Of a DNA stretch of 64,000 nt, positions 54,963 through 64,000 are shown in pieces. The first letter of the stretch is position 1. Every line of letters begins with the position of its first letter. The translations under genes and the position numbers were made by a program. The notes beneath the pieces were generated by a model. The model did not search any database. It was given only the letters and a program-made list of their open reading frames with translations, and was not told where the DNA came from. Source of the DNA: Candidatus Eiseniibacteriota bacterium (lineage in GTDB: Bacteria > Eisenbacteria > RBG-16-71-46); assembly GCA_963717505.1 (NCBI GenBank), contig OY970342.1, positions 2,464,001 to 2,528,000 of the forward strand. Direction: 5' to 3'.

Positions 54963-57677
54963 ATGTTCACGCGACTGCACAAATCCGGCGCGGCGCTCAT
55001 GGTGCTCATGGCGGTTGTCACCATGAGCGACGTGGCGGCCGCGCAAACCTGTGATATCCCGTTGGTCGTCCGCCGGACCGCGGGCGAAGCCAACGTGCTG
55101 ATCATCTTCGATACCTCGGGCAGCATGAACGAGGCCATGTGGCACAGCGCCTACGATCCGACCGTCAATTACAGCGGCCGGTTCGATCCCGATGAGACTT
55201 ACAACATCTCGACGGACGGCAACTATCGCCAGCGCGACTTCCGGAGCACGTGGCCGACCACGCCGACCGCGTACCTGGTCGACAGCGACCAGGGCGAGGA
55301 CGGCCGGTACTCGGGCAACTACCTGAACTGGATCTATTCGCATGCGACCACGGCTCAGCGGGCTGCGATCCCGAGGCTGACCCGCATCCAGGCCGCCAAG
55401 CCGGCGGTGGTCAGCATCCTGAATGCTGGCAGCAACATCAGCTATGGGCTCATGGATTTCAACGGCGACGACGGCGGCACCCTGCTGTCGCCGATCGGCA
55501 CCGCTCCGGCCAGCATCATCAGCACGGTCAACACTCTGCGTGGTGATTCGTGGACGCCGCTGGCCGAGACCATGGTCGACGCCCTGGACTACTTCAAGAC
55601 GACCGGCGCCAGTGCTCCGATCAAGGCGGCCTGCCAGAAGACGTTCATCATCCTGGCCACCGACGGCCATCCGACCAAGGACCTGAACGTCCCGGCGTAC
55701 CTTCAGGACTACGACCACGATGGCCGTGAACCGGGCAGTTGCGCGAGCCTGGGGGCGCCGTTCCCTAATTCGTCCGACTGCAGCGAGTACCTCGACGACG
55801 TCGCCGCCTACATGTTCAGCAACGACCTGCGTCCGGATCTGGAGGGCTTCCAGAACGTGACCACGTACGTGATCGGCATGAACATCAACGCCTGGATTCT
55901 GAACGACACCGCGGACAAGGGCGGTGGCGAGTACTTCTCGGCGAACGATCCCGCCCAAATGGCGGAAGCCCTCGATCGGGCCATGAACATCATCGAGACC
56001 AAGATCTCGGCTGGTTCGTCGGTGTCGGTCGTGGCTTCGGAAGGCCAGACCAACGACCGGCTGTATCGCGCGCGGTACGAGTCGGTCTCGTGGCGCGGAT
56101 TCGTCGAAGCGTTCGATCTTCCCTACCACGCCGGCGACCCGCCGGTGTGGCAAGCCGGCGAGCTGTTGCAGAGCCGGGATCCCGCCTCGCGCGAGATCTT
56201 CACTTCGACCACCGGCAGCAACAAGGTGAACCTGACGTCGGCCAACGCTTCGACGCTGATGTCGCCGCTCGGAGCGGCCACCACGGCTGCCGCGACCGAC
56301 ATCATCAACTATTCCCGCGGCGTGGACGTGGCCGGGTTCCGTGATCGCGACGAGTGGAAGCTCGGCGACATCGTCGACTCGTCGCCAATCGCGGTCGGCA
56401 AGCCGTCGCAGGGCTATGACTTCCTGTCCTACGAAAGCTACCGCGCGAGCCACATGACCCGCACCGAGGTCATCTACGTCGGGGCCAACGACGGCATGCT
56501 GCACTGCTTCAACGCCGACGACGGCGTCGAGCGGTGGGCCTACGTGCCCAAGAACCAGCTGCCCCGGCTCGACGAGCTGATGAGCCCGGGCTACTGCCAC
56601 AGCTACTACGTCAACATGCCCCCCGCGGTGTTCGACATCCACAACGGGTCCACCTGGAAGACGGTCCTGATCGGTGGCCAGGAACGTGGCGGCACCGGGT
56701 TGTTCGCTCTGGACGTGACCAACCCCGACCCGAACAACGTGAGCGTGATGTGGGACATCGACTATCCGACGCTCAAGGGCTCGTGGAACAGGCCCGAGCT
56801 GGTGCGGGACAAGACGCTCAACGCGTTCGTCCTGGTCGCGCCCACCGGACTGGATTCGGTCACCCGCCAGGGCCGGCTGCTGGTGTTGAATCCGACCAAC
56901 GGCAACCTGCTCGCGACGCACAACCTGGGTACGGCGGCCACCACGACCAATATGGTCACCTCGGCCAAGGCGATCGACAAGAACTTCGACGGCTACGACG
57001 ACCTGCTCTACTGCGGGGACCTCGCGGGCCGTCTGTGGCGCGTGAACCTCACGACCAATCCGTGGACGGTCTCGCTCTTGTTCAACAACAACCAGCCGAT
57101 CCAGGGCACGCCGGTTCTCAGCATCGACAAAGCCGGCCGGGTTCTCGTCTACTTCGGAACCGGCCGCTATCTGACCGATGCGGACCTGTATACCACCGCT
57201 CAGCAGACGCTGTTCGGGATCTTCGACGATCACTCGGGGACGACGATCACCAAGACCGACTTGGTGAACCAGACCTCGACGATCAACGCGGTGCCCGCGA
57301 ACGCGAAGGGGTGGTACATCAACCTCAGCCAGCACGCCGCCGAGCGGGTGATTCGCAGCCCGGCTCTGGTCGCCGGCGCCCTGTTCTTCACGTCGTTCCG
57401 GCCGCGCTCGGACGTGTGCGAGAGCGGTGGCGAGTCGTGGCTGTACAGCCTGGACTTCGCCGACGGATCGGCGCCCGACAATGCGAACAAGACCGAGAAC
57501 AACAACCTCTCGGCTCGGGTCGAGTCGAAGGGCGATGGCGTCCTCTCGAACCCGACCGTCGACATTGCCAACGAGGAGATCATCTTCCAGTCGTCCGACA
57601 CGTCGTTGATCAGCCATGACATCGACATCGCGCTGCAGAAGGTGCTCGTCCGTTCGTGGCGCCAGCGCTGGAACTAG
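54963..57677 (+). CDS. pilY1: PilY1/PilC tip adhesin with vWA domain
   Basis: Signal peptide, MIDAS FDTSGSM, TPLAE, ILATDG; PilC propeller WKLGDIVDSSP, YVGANDGMLHCF, E.WAYVP, Ca-loop DKNFDGYDD..Y.GDL.G, YFGTG, KGWYINL, SWRQ. Confidence 0.92.
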   Translation: MFTRLHKSGAALMVLMAVVTMSDVAAAQTCDIPLVVRRTAGEANVLIIFDTSGSMNEAMWHSAYDPTVNYSGRFDPDETYNISTDGNYRQRDFRSTWPTTPTAYLVDSDQGEDGRYSGNYLNWIYSHATTAQRAAIPRLTRIQAAKPAVVSILNAGSNISYGLMDFNGDDGGTLLSPIGTAPASIISTVNTLRGDSWTPLAETMVDALDYFKTTGASAPIKAACQKTFIILATDGHPTKDLNVPAYLQDYDHDGREPGSCASLGAPFPNSSDCSEYLDDVAAYMFSNDLRPDLEGFQNVTTYVIGMNINAWILNDTADKGGGEYFSANDPAQMAEALDRAMNIIETKISAGSSVSVVASEGQTNDRLYRARYESVSWRGFVEAFDLPYHAGDPPVWQAGELLQSRDPASREIFTSTTGSNKVNLTSANASTLMSPLGAATTAAATDIINYSRGVDVAGFRDRDEWKLGDIVDSSPIAVGKPSQGYDFLSYESYRASHMTRTEVIYVGANDGMLHCFNADDGVERWAYVPKNQLPRLDELMSPGYCHSYYVNMPPAVFDIHNGSTWKTVLIGGQERGGTGLFALDVTNPDPNNVSVMWDIDYPTLKGSWNRPELVRDKTLNAFVLVAPTGLDSVTRQGRLLVLNPTNGNLLATHNLGTAATTTNMVTSAKAIDKNFDGYDDLLYCGDLAGRLWRVNLTTNPWTVSLLFNNNQPIQGTPVLSIDKAGRVLVYFGTGRYLTDADLYTTAQQTLFGIFDDHSGTTITKTDLVNQTSTINAVPANAKGWYINLSQHAAERVIRSPALVAGALFFTSFRPRSDVCESGGESWLYSLDFADGSAPDNANKTENNNLSARVESKGDGVLSNPTVDIANEEIIFQSSDTSLISHDIDIALQKVLVRSWRQRWN

Positions 57678-57691
57678 GAGGAGTGACATCC

Positions 57692-58093
57692 ATGAAGACG
57701 CATAAGAGCATGGCGCTGTGCGCCCTGGCGGTGGTGGTGCTGACGTCGGTGTCCTCGGACGCTGGTGCCGACCGCCGCAAACTGAATGACGAGAGCAAGA
57801 GTAAGGGTCGGACGTTCTCGGTCTCGATGGAGTACACCGGACGCGTCGGCGACGACATGGTCATCGGAGGGGTCCGGTATCGAATCGGAAAGAATGTGCC
57901 CGTGTATGTCGTCGGCCAGGGCGCCACGTTCCAGGGCGTCACGGTCACTCGCCAGTCGATCTTCCTCGCCGGCGAGATGCGCGGCAGCGACGCAATCGTC
58001 AAGTCGGTGATCGTGCGTCCGGCGACCACGACCCAGGAAGGGCTCGACAACAGCATGAACGTGAAGCTCATGCCGGCCGGATCACCGCAGTAA
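57692..58093 (+). CDS. Small secreted beta-rich protein (PilY2-like position)
   Basis: RBS AGGAGG, signal peptide, about 110-aa beta-rich mature part directly after pilY1. Confidence 0.55.
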   Translation: MKTHKSMALCALAVVVLTSVSSDAGADRRKLNDESKSKGRTFSVSMEYTGRVGDDMVIGGVRYRIGKNVPVYVVGQGATFQGVTVTRQSIFLAGEMRGSDAIVKSVIVRPATTTQEGLDNSMNVKLMPAGSPQ

Positions 58094-58094
58094 G

Positions 58095-59058
58095 ATGGAC
58101 TCTCACGGACGGCGACGGATCGACGTCCCAACGCCCGGTGTGCGGGCGTGCTTCGTGGCCCTGGCCGTAGCCCTGATCCTGACGGGCTGCGGCAGGGCCA
58201 AGCCACAAGGCGGCGCGAATCCGGCGTCGGCGGAACACAAGGGAGTCCGCCTGTCGCCGGATCCGGCGTTTGCGGCGTCGCGCATCGACGTGATCTTCGA
58301 CGATCGCTGGATCGATCCCGCCCGGTGTCGATTCCGGTGGACCCGAAACGGATCGACGATCATCGGCGCCGAGTCGAGCGCCCTGGACCCGGTTCACGTC
58401 TCGAAGGGGAGTGTGATCGCGGTCGAGGTGGTGGTCGACGATCCGGCCACCGGCGAACCGCGCACGCTCGGTGCCCAGGTTCCGGTGGTCAACACGCCCC
58501 CCAGGATCCATCGAGTCTCGCTGGTGGTGGCCGCGGCCACGGGCAACGCCGAAGTCCGCGCCAGCGTCGAGGGCATCGATCCCGACCAGGACGCGCTGTC
58601 CTACGGATATCACTGGTTCAAGAACGACGCGGCGATGGAAGGCGCGAGCCAGGCCGTCGCTACCGTTGTCGAGCCTGACCCGCGGGGATCGCGTCGCGGT
58701 CGAGGTCGTGGCCAGCGACGGGGAGGCCAACGCGCCGGGGATGCGCAGCGACGTGCTCGAGATCGAGAACGGCCCGCCGCGGTTCACGTCTCAAGCGACG
58801 GCACCCAAGGCCGGCGACGAGTCGTTCCGCTACCGGCCGGTTGCCGTGGATCCCGACGGCGACGCCGTCAAGTACCAACTGCTCGAGGGGCCGATCGGCA
58901 TGATGATGTCCTCCGACGGCACCGTCTCGTGGTCGCTGCCGCCCCAGGGCCAGCGCTCGGGGCAGCATCGGGTCCGCATTCAGGCCAGCGACGCCAAGGG
59001 CGGCGTCACCGTCCACACGTTCTCGATCGACCTGGAGGCCTTGGCCACCCGGCGCTGA
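58095..59058 (+). CDS. Lipoprotein with tandem Ig/cadherin-like repeats (one frameshift near 58655)
   Basis: Lipobox LILTGC; repeats NTPP.I, DPDQD.L.Y.Y.W, GD.V.VEV..SDG, PP.FTS, A.DPDGD..Y.L..GP.GM. The C-terminal half is in ORF 58471..59058. Confidence 0.72.
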
Positions 59059-59115
59059 GCGATCGAGGCGGGTTGACCCCGGTGCCGGGACGCGGTACCG
59101 ATCTCCTTGCCCGCC

Positions 59116-60021
59116 ATGTCGATCCGACCCGTCAAACGCATCCTCGAATCCCAGCCCACCGTGGAGGGCGCCGGCGTCAAGCTGCGCCGCGCTTTCGGGT
59201 TCGGCGATACGAGCGAGTTCGATCCCTTCCTGTTGTTCGACGACTTCCGCAACGACGATCCGAAGGACTTCCTCGCGGGATTCCCCTGGCACCCGCACCG
59301 CGGGATCGAGACCATCACGTACGTGCTCGCCGGCACGGTCGAGCACGGCGACAGCCTGGGGAACCGCGGCACGCTGGGCGCCGGCGACGTCCAGTGGATG
59401 ACCGCCGGCAGCGGGATCCTCCACCAGGAGATGCCGCAGGGCGATCCTCGCGGACGCATGCACGGCTTCCAGCTGTGGGCCAACCTGCCCTCGACCCTGA
59501 AGATGACCGCCCCGCGCTATCAGGACATCGCCGCGCGCGACGTCGAGGAAGTCACCGACGACGACGGCACCCGAGTGCGCGTGATCTGCGGCGAGTACTG
59601 GGGGCGTCGCGGGCCGGTCGACGGCATCGCCGCCGATCCCAGCTACCTCGACGTCTGGGTGCCGCCCGGCCGCCGCAAGAGTCTCAAGGCGGAAACCCAT
59701 CGACACGCGTTCGCTTACGTGTTCGAAGGCGCGGGGTCGTTTCGCGGCGCCTCGCCGCCGCAGAACGTCGCGACCGAGTCGGTCGGCGCCGGCGGGGTGC
59801 TCGGCGATCGGGAATCCGCAGACCGCTCGCTCGTGCTGTTCGACGCGGGCGACGAAGTCACGGTGCAGGCGGGCGAACGCGGCGTGCGCTTCCTGTTGGT
59901 TTCCGGCAAGCCGATCGAGGAGCCGGTCGCCTGGCGCGGTCCGATCGTGATGAACACCCAGGACGAATTGCGCCAAGCCTACCGCGAGCTTGGTGAAGGC
60001 ACCTTCATTCGCAAGCGCTAG
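59116..60021 (+). CDS. Pirin-family protein
   Basis: EGAGV, DPFLLFD, GFPWHPHRGIETITY, VQWMTAGSGILHQE, QLWANLP, GPIVMNT. Confidence 0.93.
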   Translation: MSIRPVKRILESQPTVEGAGVKLRRAFGFGDTSEFDPFLLFDDFRNDDPKDFLAGFPWHPHRGIETITYVLAGTVEHGDSLGNRGTLGAGDVQWMTAGSGILHQEMPQGDPRGRMHGFQLWANLPSTLKMTAPRYQDIAARDVEEVTDDDGTRVRVICGEYWGRRGPVDGIAADPSYLDVWVPPGRRKSLKAETHRHAFAYVFEGAGSFRGASPPQNVATESVGAGGVLGDRESADRSLVLFDAGDEVTVQAGERGVRFLLVSGKPIEEPVAWRGPIVMNTQDELRQAYRELGEGTFIRKR

Positions 60022-60059
60022 GCGCCGCCGGCGCCATTCCCGATCTCCCGGAGGACTTT

Positions 60060-61472
60060 GTGCCGTTTTCCCGACTCGGCCTGCCCGCACCCATCGTCAA
60101 AGGCGTGCGCGCAGCCGGCTACACTGAACCCACCCCCATCCAGCATCGGGCGATCCCGATCATTCTGGAGGGACACGATCTGGTCGGCGCCGCCCAGACC
60201 GGGACCGGCAAGACCGCGGCGTTCCTGTTGCCGATCCTGACTCGGTTGATCAGCGGAGAACGGGCGCTGCGCGCACTGATCCTGGTGCCGACCCGCGAGC
60301 TGGCGGCCCAGGTCGAGACCAACGCCCGAGACTACGCGCGCTTCACCAACGTGCGCGCCGGAGTCGTCTTCGGTGGCGTGCCGATCGGCCCGCAGGAACG
60401 AATGCTCCGTCATCAGGGCGTCGATCTCCTGGTCGCGACACCAGGCCGATTGCTCGACCTCCACGGGCGCCAGAGCGTGACGTTCGATGACATCGAAGTC
60501 CTGGTCCTCGACGAAGCCGACCGCATGGTCGACATGGGCTTCGCGCCCGACCTGAAACGCATCCTGCGATTGCTGCCGAGTCGCCGGCAGACGCTGATGT
60601 TCTCGGCCACCATGCCGCCCGAGCTCAATCGTGTCGCGGGCGAAGCCCTGCACGATCCGCGCCGGGTCGATCTCGCACCGCCGTCGCGCCCGGCGGCCGG
60701 CATCACCCAGGCCATCTATCCCGTGCCCCGCCATCTCAAGACCGACCTGCTCGACCAGGTGCTGCTCGCCTCGGACGTCGGTAGCGTCATCGTGTTCACC
60801 CGCACCAAGCACGGCGCCGACCGACTGACGCGCCAGCTCAAGCAACGCGGCCATACCGTGGCCGCCCTGCACGGGGACCGTACGCAGGGTCAGCGGGAAC
60901 GGGCGTTGGCCGACCTCAAACGCGGCCGGGTGCAGGTCCTGGTCGCGACCGACATCGCCTCGCGCGGGATCGACGTCGAGGACATCTCGCACGTCATCAA
61001 CTACGACGTACCGCACACTCCCGAGGACTACGTACACCGGATCGGTCGCACCGGCCGCGTCGACGCGGTTGGCGACGCCTTCACCCTGATGAGCCCCGAG
61101 GAGCGCAGCGACGTCGTCGCGATCGAGCGGTTCCTCGGCCGCTCGATTCCCCGCGTGCAGGTGCCGGACTTCGACTACAAGCGCGCGGCCGAACGTGGAG
61201 CGCCGCCTCCGAGTCGCGAGCGGGCGCGCGGTTCGGCTCCGGGACGCGGCGGCTCGGGTCGTGGACCCAAACGGGAGGGAGGCCGGAATGGCGTCGCCGA
61301 GGGCGGCGCGCGCGAGCGCGGCACCCGGCGCAGCCCGGCGCCCGCCGCACCGTCCTCGGGAGAAACCGGATCCACGGGGCGCGACGCGAGCGTCAAGTGG
61401 GACTGGCCTCAGCCGGCGCATGGCCGGCGGCCGAAGCGCAACGCCCCCGATCGCCGCCGGCGCCGGATGTGA
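60060..61472 (+). CDS. rhlE: DEAD-box RNA helicase (RhlE-like)
   Basis: Q motif PTPIQ, AQTGTGKT, PTRELA, TPGR, DEAD, SAT, HRIGRTGR; basic C-terminal tail. Confidence 0.92.
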   Translation: MPFSRLGLPAPIVKGVRAAGYTEPTPIQHRAIPIILEGHDLVGAAQTGTGKTAAFLLPILTRLISGERALRALILVPTRELAAQVETNARDYARFTNVRAGVVFGGVPIGPQERMLRHQGVDLLVATPGRLLDLHGRQSVTFDDIEVLVLDEADRMVDMGFAPDLKRILRLLPSRRQTLMFSATMPPELNRVAGEALHDPRRVDLAPPSRPAAGITQAIYPVPRHLKTDLLDQVLLASDVGSVIVFTRTKHGADRLTRQLKQRGHTVAALHGDRTQGQRERALADLKRGRVQVLVATDIASRGIDVEDISHVINYDVPHTPEDYVHRIGRTGRVDAVGDAFTLMSPEERSDVVAIERFLGRSIPRVQVPDFDYKRAAERGAPPPSRERARGSAPGRGGSGRGPKREGGRNGVAEGGARERGTRRSPAPAAPSSGETGSTGRDASVKWDWPQPAHGRRPKRNAPDRRRRRM

Positions 61473-61488
61473 GTGCGAATCGTCGCGG

Positions 61489-63324
61489 CTAGCGACGCTG
61501 GCTGCGCTTCGGCAAGGGAATGACCCTAGCCTCGGACACGAGGCCCCGTGACAGCAGTGTGGCGGCGGAGATGTTGGCGCGATCGGACGAACGGTAGACG
61601 CCGAGCACGACGCGATACGAACCGTCGCCTTCAGAGTCTTCGATCACCCAGCCTTTGAGATCGGTTTCGGCCACGAGCCGGTCGCGCTCGACCTCGGCCC
61701 GGTAGCTGCTGATGTAGGAACCCACGTCGAGGGCGTAGCGCTGCGCGTCCGCCGGGCGAGCGGCCGGTGCCGGCTTCGCGGGATCGCTCGTGCGCTTGGC
61801 GGAAGACGACGCGCCGGCGAGCACCTGGGAGACTTCCAGCGGCTGCGGTGGCGCGGATCGTCGCGGCACCAGGACCAGCACGAATGCGCCGGTGGCGATG
61901 AAGACGCCGACCGCGGCCGGCATCAGCCACGCACGCGGCACGCGCGGCAGGCGCAGAATCGGCAGCCTGAGGGGCATCCGCGGCGCGGGGAAACGTCGCC
62001 GGCGCAGCAACGGTCCACCGCGGCGACGCGGCGCCGGGACCGGTACGGTCGCCTGAGTTCGCTCCGACGAATCGGCTTCGGTCTGTCGGAGGTCACCCTC
62101 GGAGGCCCGGGTCCGTAGCTCGACGCTGAGCAGCGAACCGAATCGGGGCTCGTCCGGCCCGATGAAGCGCTCCACCCACTCGCGACGTCGCTCTTCGGTG
62201 GGTCGCGTGTCCACGACGCGACGCTCGACCGCTGGCGGCGGCGAGGGCATCGAGGTCGGCGCTGCCTTCGCCGCGGGCGCAGGTGTCGGCATCGGCGCCG
62301 ACTTCGCCGCGGGCGCAAGTGTCGGGGTCGACGCCGCCTTGGATTCCGAGGCGGCCGGTGGCTTCTGGAGTGGCGCGGGAGTTGGCGCCGGCACCGGGCG
62401 CGTTGCGGCCACCGACTGGGTGGTCTCGACCCGCGAGGGAGCGGAAACGGCCACGGGCTTCGATGCGATCGTGGGTGTCGTGGCCTGCGCGGCCGGCACC
62501 GGGGCGTCGTCACGAGAATCGTCTTCGGTCCCACTCGCCGCGGCGCCCAGACCGAGAGCCTTGGCGGCGGCCTGCACGTGCTCCGTGGTCACCGAGGATG
62601 CTCCCGACTCACGCGCGCGGCGGAACGCCTCCTCGGCGAGCGCCTGAATCTTGAGTGGCACGCCACCAGAACGGCGGAAGATTTCGCCGCACGCCTTGCG
62701 CGCGAAGGGCCCCGAGGACTCTCCCGGCGCCACCCCGGCAATCTCGTGCAGGTAGCGTCGGGTTTCCTGAATGGTCAGCGGACCCACGTGGCATTGCGCG
62801 CCGATCCGTTGGCGCAGCGAAGCGTGGATCGGGTCGGCGAGTCGGACTTCGAGGTGCGGGAGTCCCGAGAGCACGATGGTCAGCGACAGATCGGCCTGCG
62901 CCGTGGCGTTGGTCAGGAGCCGCAATTCGCCGAGCAGTTCGTCGTCGAGGTCGTGGGCATCGTCGACCACGATCACCGGAATCTGGCCGTTCTCGACCAC
63001 CTCGGCCAGGCGCTGCTCCAGGCAGGCGAGGAGCTGCGGCTTGGTGGCTTCGGTGGGCGGGGTCACGCCGAAGCGCCGAATGATCTCCTCGAGCAGCTCG
63101 GTGCGGGTCAGGGCCGGATTGGTGACGAACGCCACCGCGGCACGCGCTGCCCATCGTGCAACCGCGTCGCGCACCAGCTTGGTCTTGCCCATCCCGGCCT
63201 CACCGGTGACCAGCAGGAATGGTTCGCGAGCGCCCAGGTGATGACACAGATGGTCGAGCTGCTCGCCGCGCGGCGAAGACTCGGAGGTTTGCCCGCTGGC
63301 GGGCGATGGGAGATTGCTGCTCAC
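61489..63324 (-). CDS. ExeA/GspA-type AAA ATPase - Pro/Ala linker - TM - SPOR domain protein
   Basis: GEAGMGKT, VIVVDDAH, LRLLTN, LRQRI, SGGVP; TM AVGVFIATGAFVLV; SPOR YALDVGSY...YRVVLGVY. Confidence 0.82.
   Translation of the reverse strand: MSSNLPSPASGQTSESSPRGEQLDHLCHHLGAREPFLLVTGEAGMGKTKLVRDAVARWAARAAVAFVTNPALTRTELLEEIIRRFGVTPPTEATKPQLLACLEQRLAEVVENGQIPVIVVDDAHDLDDELLGELRLLTNATAQADLSLTIVLSGLPHLEVRLADPIHASLRQRIGAQCHVGPLTIQETRRYLHEIAGVAPGESSGPFARKACGEIFRRSGGVPLKIQALAEEAFRRARESGASSVTTEHVQAAAKALGLGAAASGTEDDSRDDAPVPAAQATTPTIASKPVAVSAPSRVETTQSVAATRPVPAPTPAPLQKPPAASESKAASTPTLAPAAKSAPMPTPAPAAKAAPTSMPSPPPAVERRVVDTRPTEERRREWVERFIGPDEPRFGSLLSVELRTRASEGDLRQTEADSSERTQATVPVPAPRRRGGPLLRRRRFPAPRMPLRLPILRLPRVPRAWLMPAAVGVFIATGAFVLVLVPRRSAPPQPLEVSQVLAGASSSAKRTSDPAKPAPAARPADAQRYALDVGSYISSYRAEVERDRLVAETDLKGWVIEDSEGDGSYRVVLGVYRSSDRANISAATLLSRGLVSEARVIPLPKRSQRR
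62267..62338. repeat. Imperfect 36-bp tandem repeat (2 copies) encoding the PT(L/P)APAAK linker
   Basis: TTCGCCGCGGGCGCA(G/A)GTGTCGG... begins at both 62267 and 62303. Confidence 0.7.
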
Positions 63325-63334
63325 GTGGCGGCTC

Positions 63335-64000
63335 CTAGAAGTACTCGACCCGGAATCGGGCGCGGCCCTCGGCTTCGAGGAAGAACCGATCCTTGAGACC
63401 CGATTCGACCCAAACGGTGTCCAGGCCGTCGCGGCCCTCCTCGACCAGCACCACCATCAGATCGCCGCGTTCGAGCGCCTTGCGCCGCGCCGCCTCGGGG
63501 CCGAGCACGAACAGCGCCGTGCTCCACACGTCGGCGGTCATCGCGGAGGGGGCCAGGACCGTCACCGAGATCAGGCCTTCCGCCGGCCGACCGCTGCGTG
63601 GATCCATGATGTGGCCGTAGGTCTTGCCGTCGGCCGCGACGAACTGTTCGTACTTGCCCGAGGTCGAGATCCCTTCTCCGGCGGGTACGTGCAGTCGCGC
63701 GAAGTAGGGCATGCGGTCCCGCGGATCGCGGATTCCGATCCGCCAGTGATCGGCATTGGCCGGCGAGCCCAGGGCGCGCATGTTGCCCGAGATGTCGACC
63801 AGCCCATCGGTCACGCCGCGGGCGCGCAGGGAGTCCGCGGCGACGTCGACCGCGTAGCCCTTCGCGATGCCGCCGAGATCGATCTGAACCCCGGGTTGGG
63901 CGAAGTGCAGCGTGTGGGCGCCGGAGTCGAACACCAGCTTGCGTGCGCCGACCCGGCGGAACGCCGCCTCGGCTTCCTGCGGCGACGGCACGCGCGGACG
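63335..64000 (-). CDS. apbE: FAD:protein FMN transferase (5' end outside the window)
   Basis: IDLGGIAKGYAVD, WRIGIRDP, ISTSGKYE, YGHIMDPRSG, SVTV, AD..STAL. Confidence 0.93.
   Translation of the reverse strand, partial: RPRVPSPQEAEAAFRRVGARKLVFDSGAHTLHFAQPGVQIDLGGIAKGYAVDVAADSLRARGVTDGLVDISGNMRALGSPANADHWRIGIRDPRDRMPYFARLHVPAGEGISTSGKYEQFVAADGKTYGHIMDPRSGRPAEGLISVTVLAPSAMTADVWSTALFVLGPEAARRKALERGDLMVVLVEEGRDGLDTVWVESGLKDRFFLEAEGRARFRVEYF

Noticed and set aside
58095-59996. 633-aa ORF spanning the Ig lipoprotein and pirin
   Set aside because: Artefact of a one-base frameshift near 58655; the read-through part is Arg-rich off-frame sequence overlapping pirin.
1-64000. CRISPR arrays, tRNA/rRNA, IS elements, prophage, known riboswitches
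   Set aside because: No regularly spaced repeats, transposase/integrase/phage genes or RNA gene signatures seen by eye; a covariance-model scan was not possible.

Overview
High-GC bacterial chromosome window, almost entirely coding, with no rRNA, tRNA, CRISPR array or recognisable mobile element. A C-terminal FlgD-Ig/T9SS-like sorting domain and the overall gene content suggest an FCB-related lineage such as Ca. Eisenbacteria (inference only). From left to right: (1) a tryptophan -> kynurenine -> anthranilate -> anthraniloyl-CoA catabolic cluster that lacks kynB but carries a creatininase-family amidohydrolase and an SDR-RidA fusion; (2) msrA, a GAF membrane protein and a 4xBON protein; (3) an osmoadaptation cluster encoding both the one-step and two-step glucosyl/mannosyl-glycerate routes plus glycerate kinase; (4) FHA-GAF-PP2C, a membrane/spermidine-synthase-like/TPR fusion, PP2C, a hydrolase, tyrA, yihY and an NYN protein; (5) the main finding, a ~19-kb minus-strand operon (31952-51198) behind a sigma54-type promoter. 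It joins an Agl-Glt-like (ExbB/ExbD/ExbD/TonB-C + TPR + GltF-like) trans-envelope motor to several outer-membrane beta-barrels, a DUF3570-DUF4266-TlpA thiol/flavin module, an HzsA-like di-heme beta-propeller lipoprotein and a CX5CH cytochrome-like lipoprotein; (6) a divergent sigma54-type type IV minor-pilin/pilY1 operon; (7) pirin, a DEAD-box helicase, ExeA-SPOR and a partial apbE. Many single-base indels, dense in 45-50.3 kb, split genes and most likely reflect sequencing or assembly error. Family assignments come from motif recognition by eye, not from database searches.
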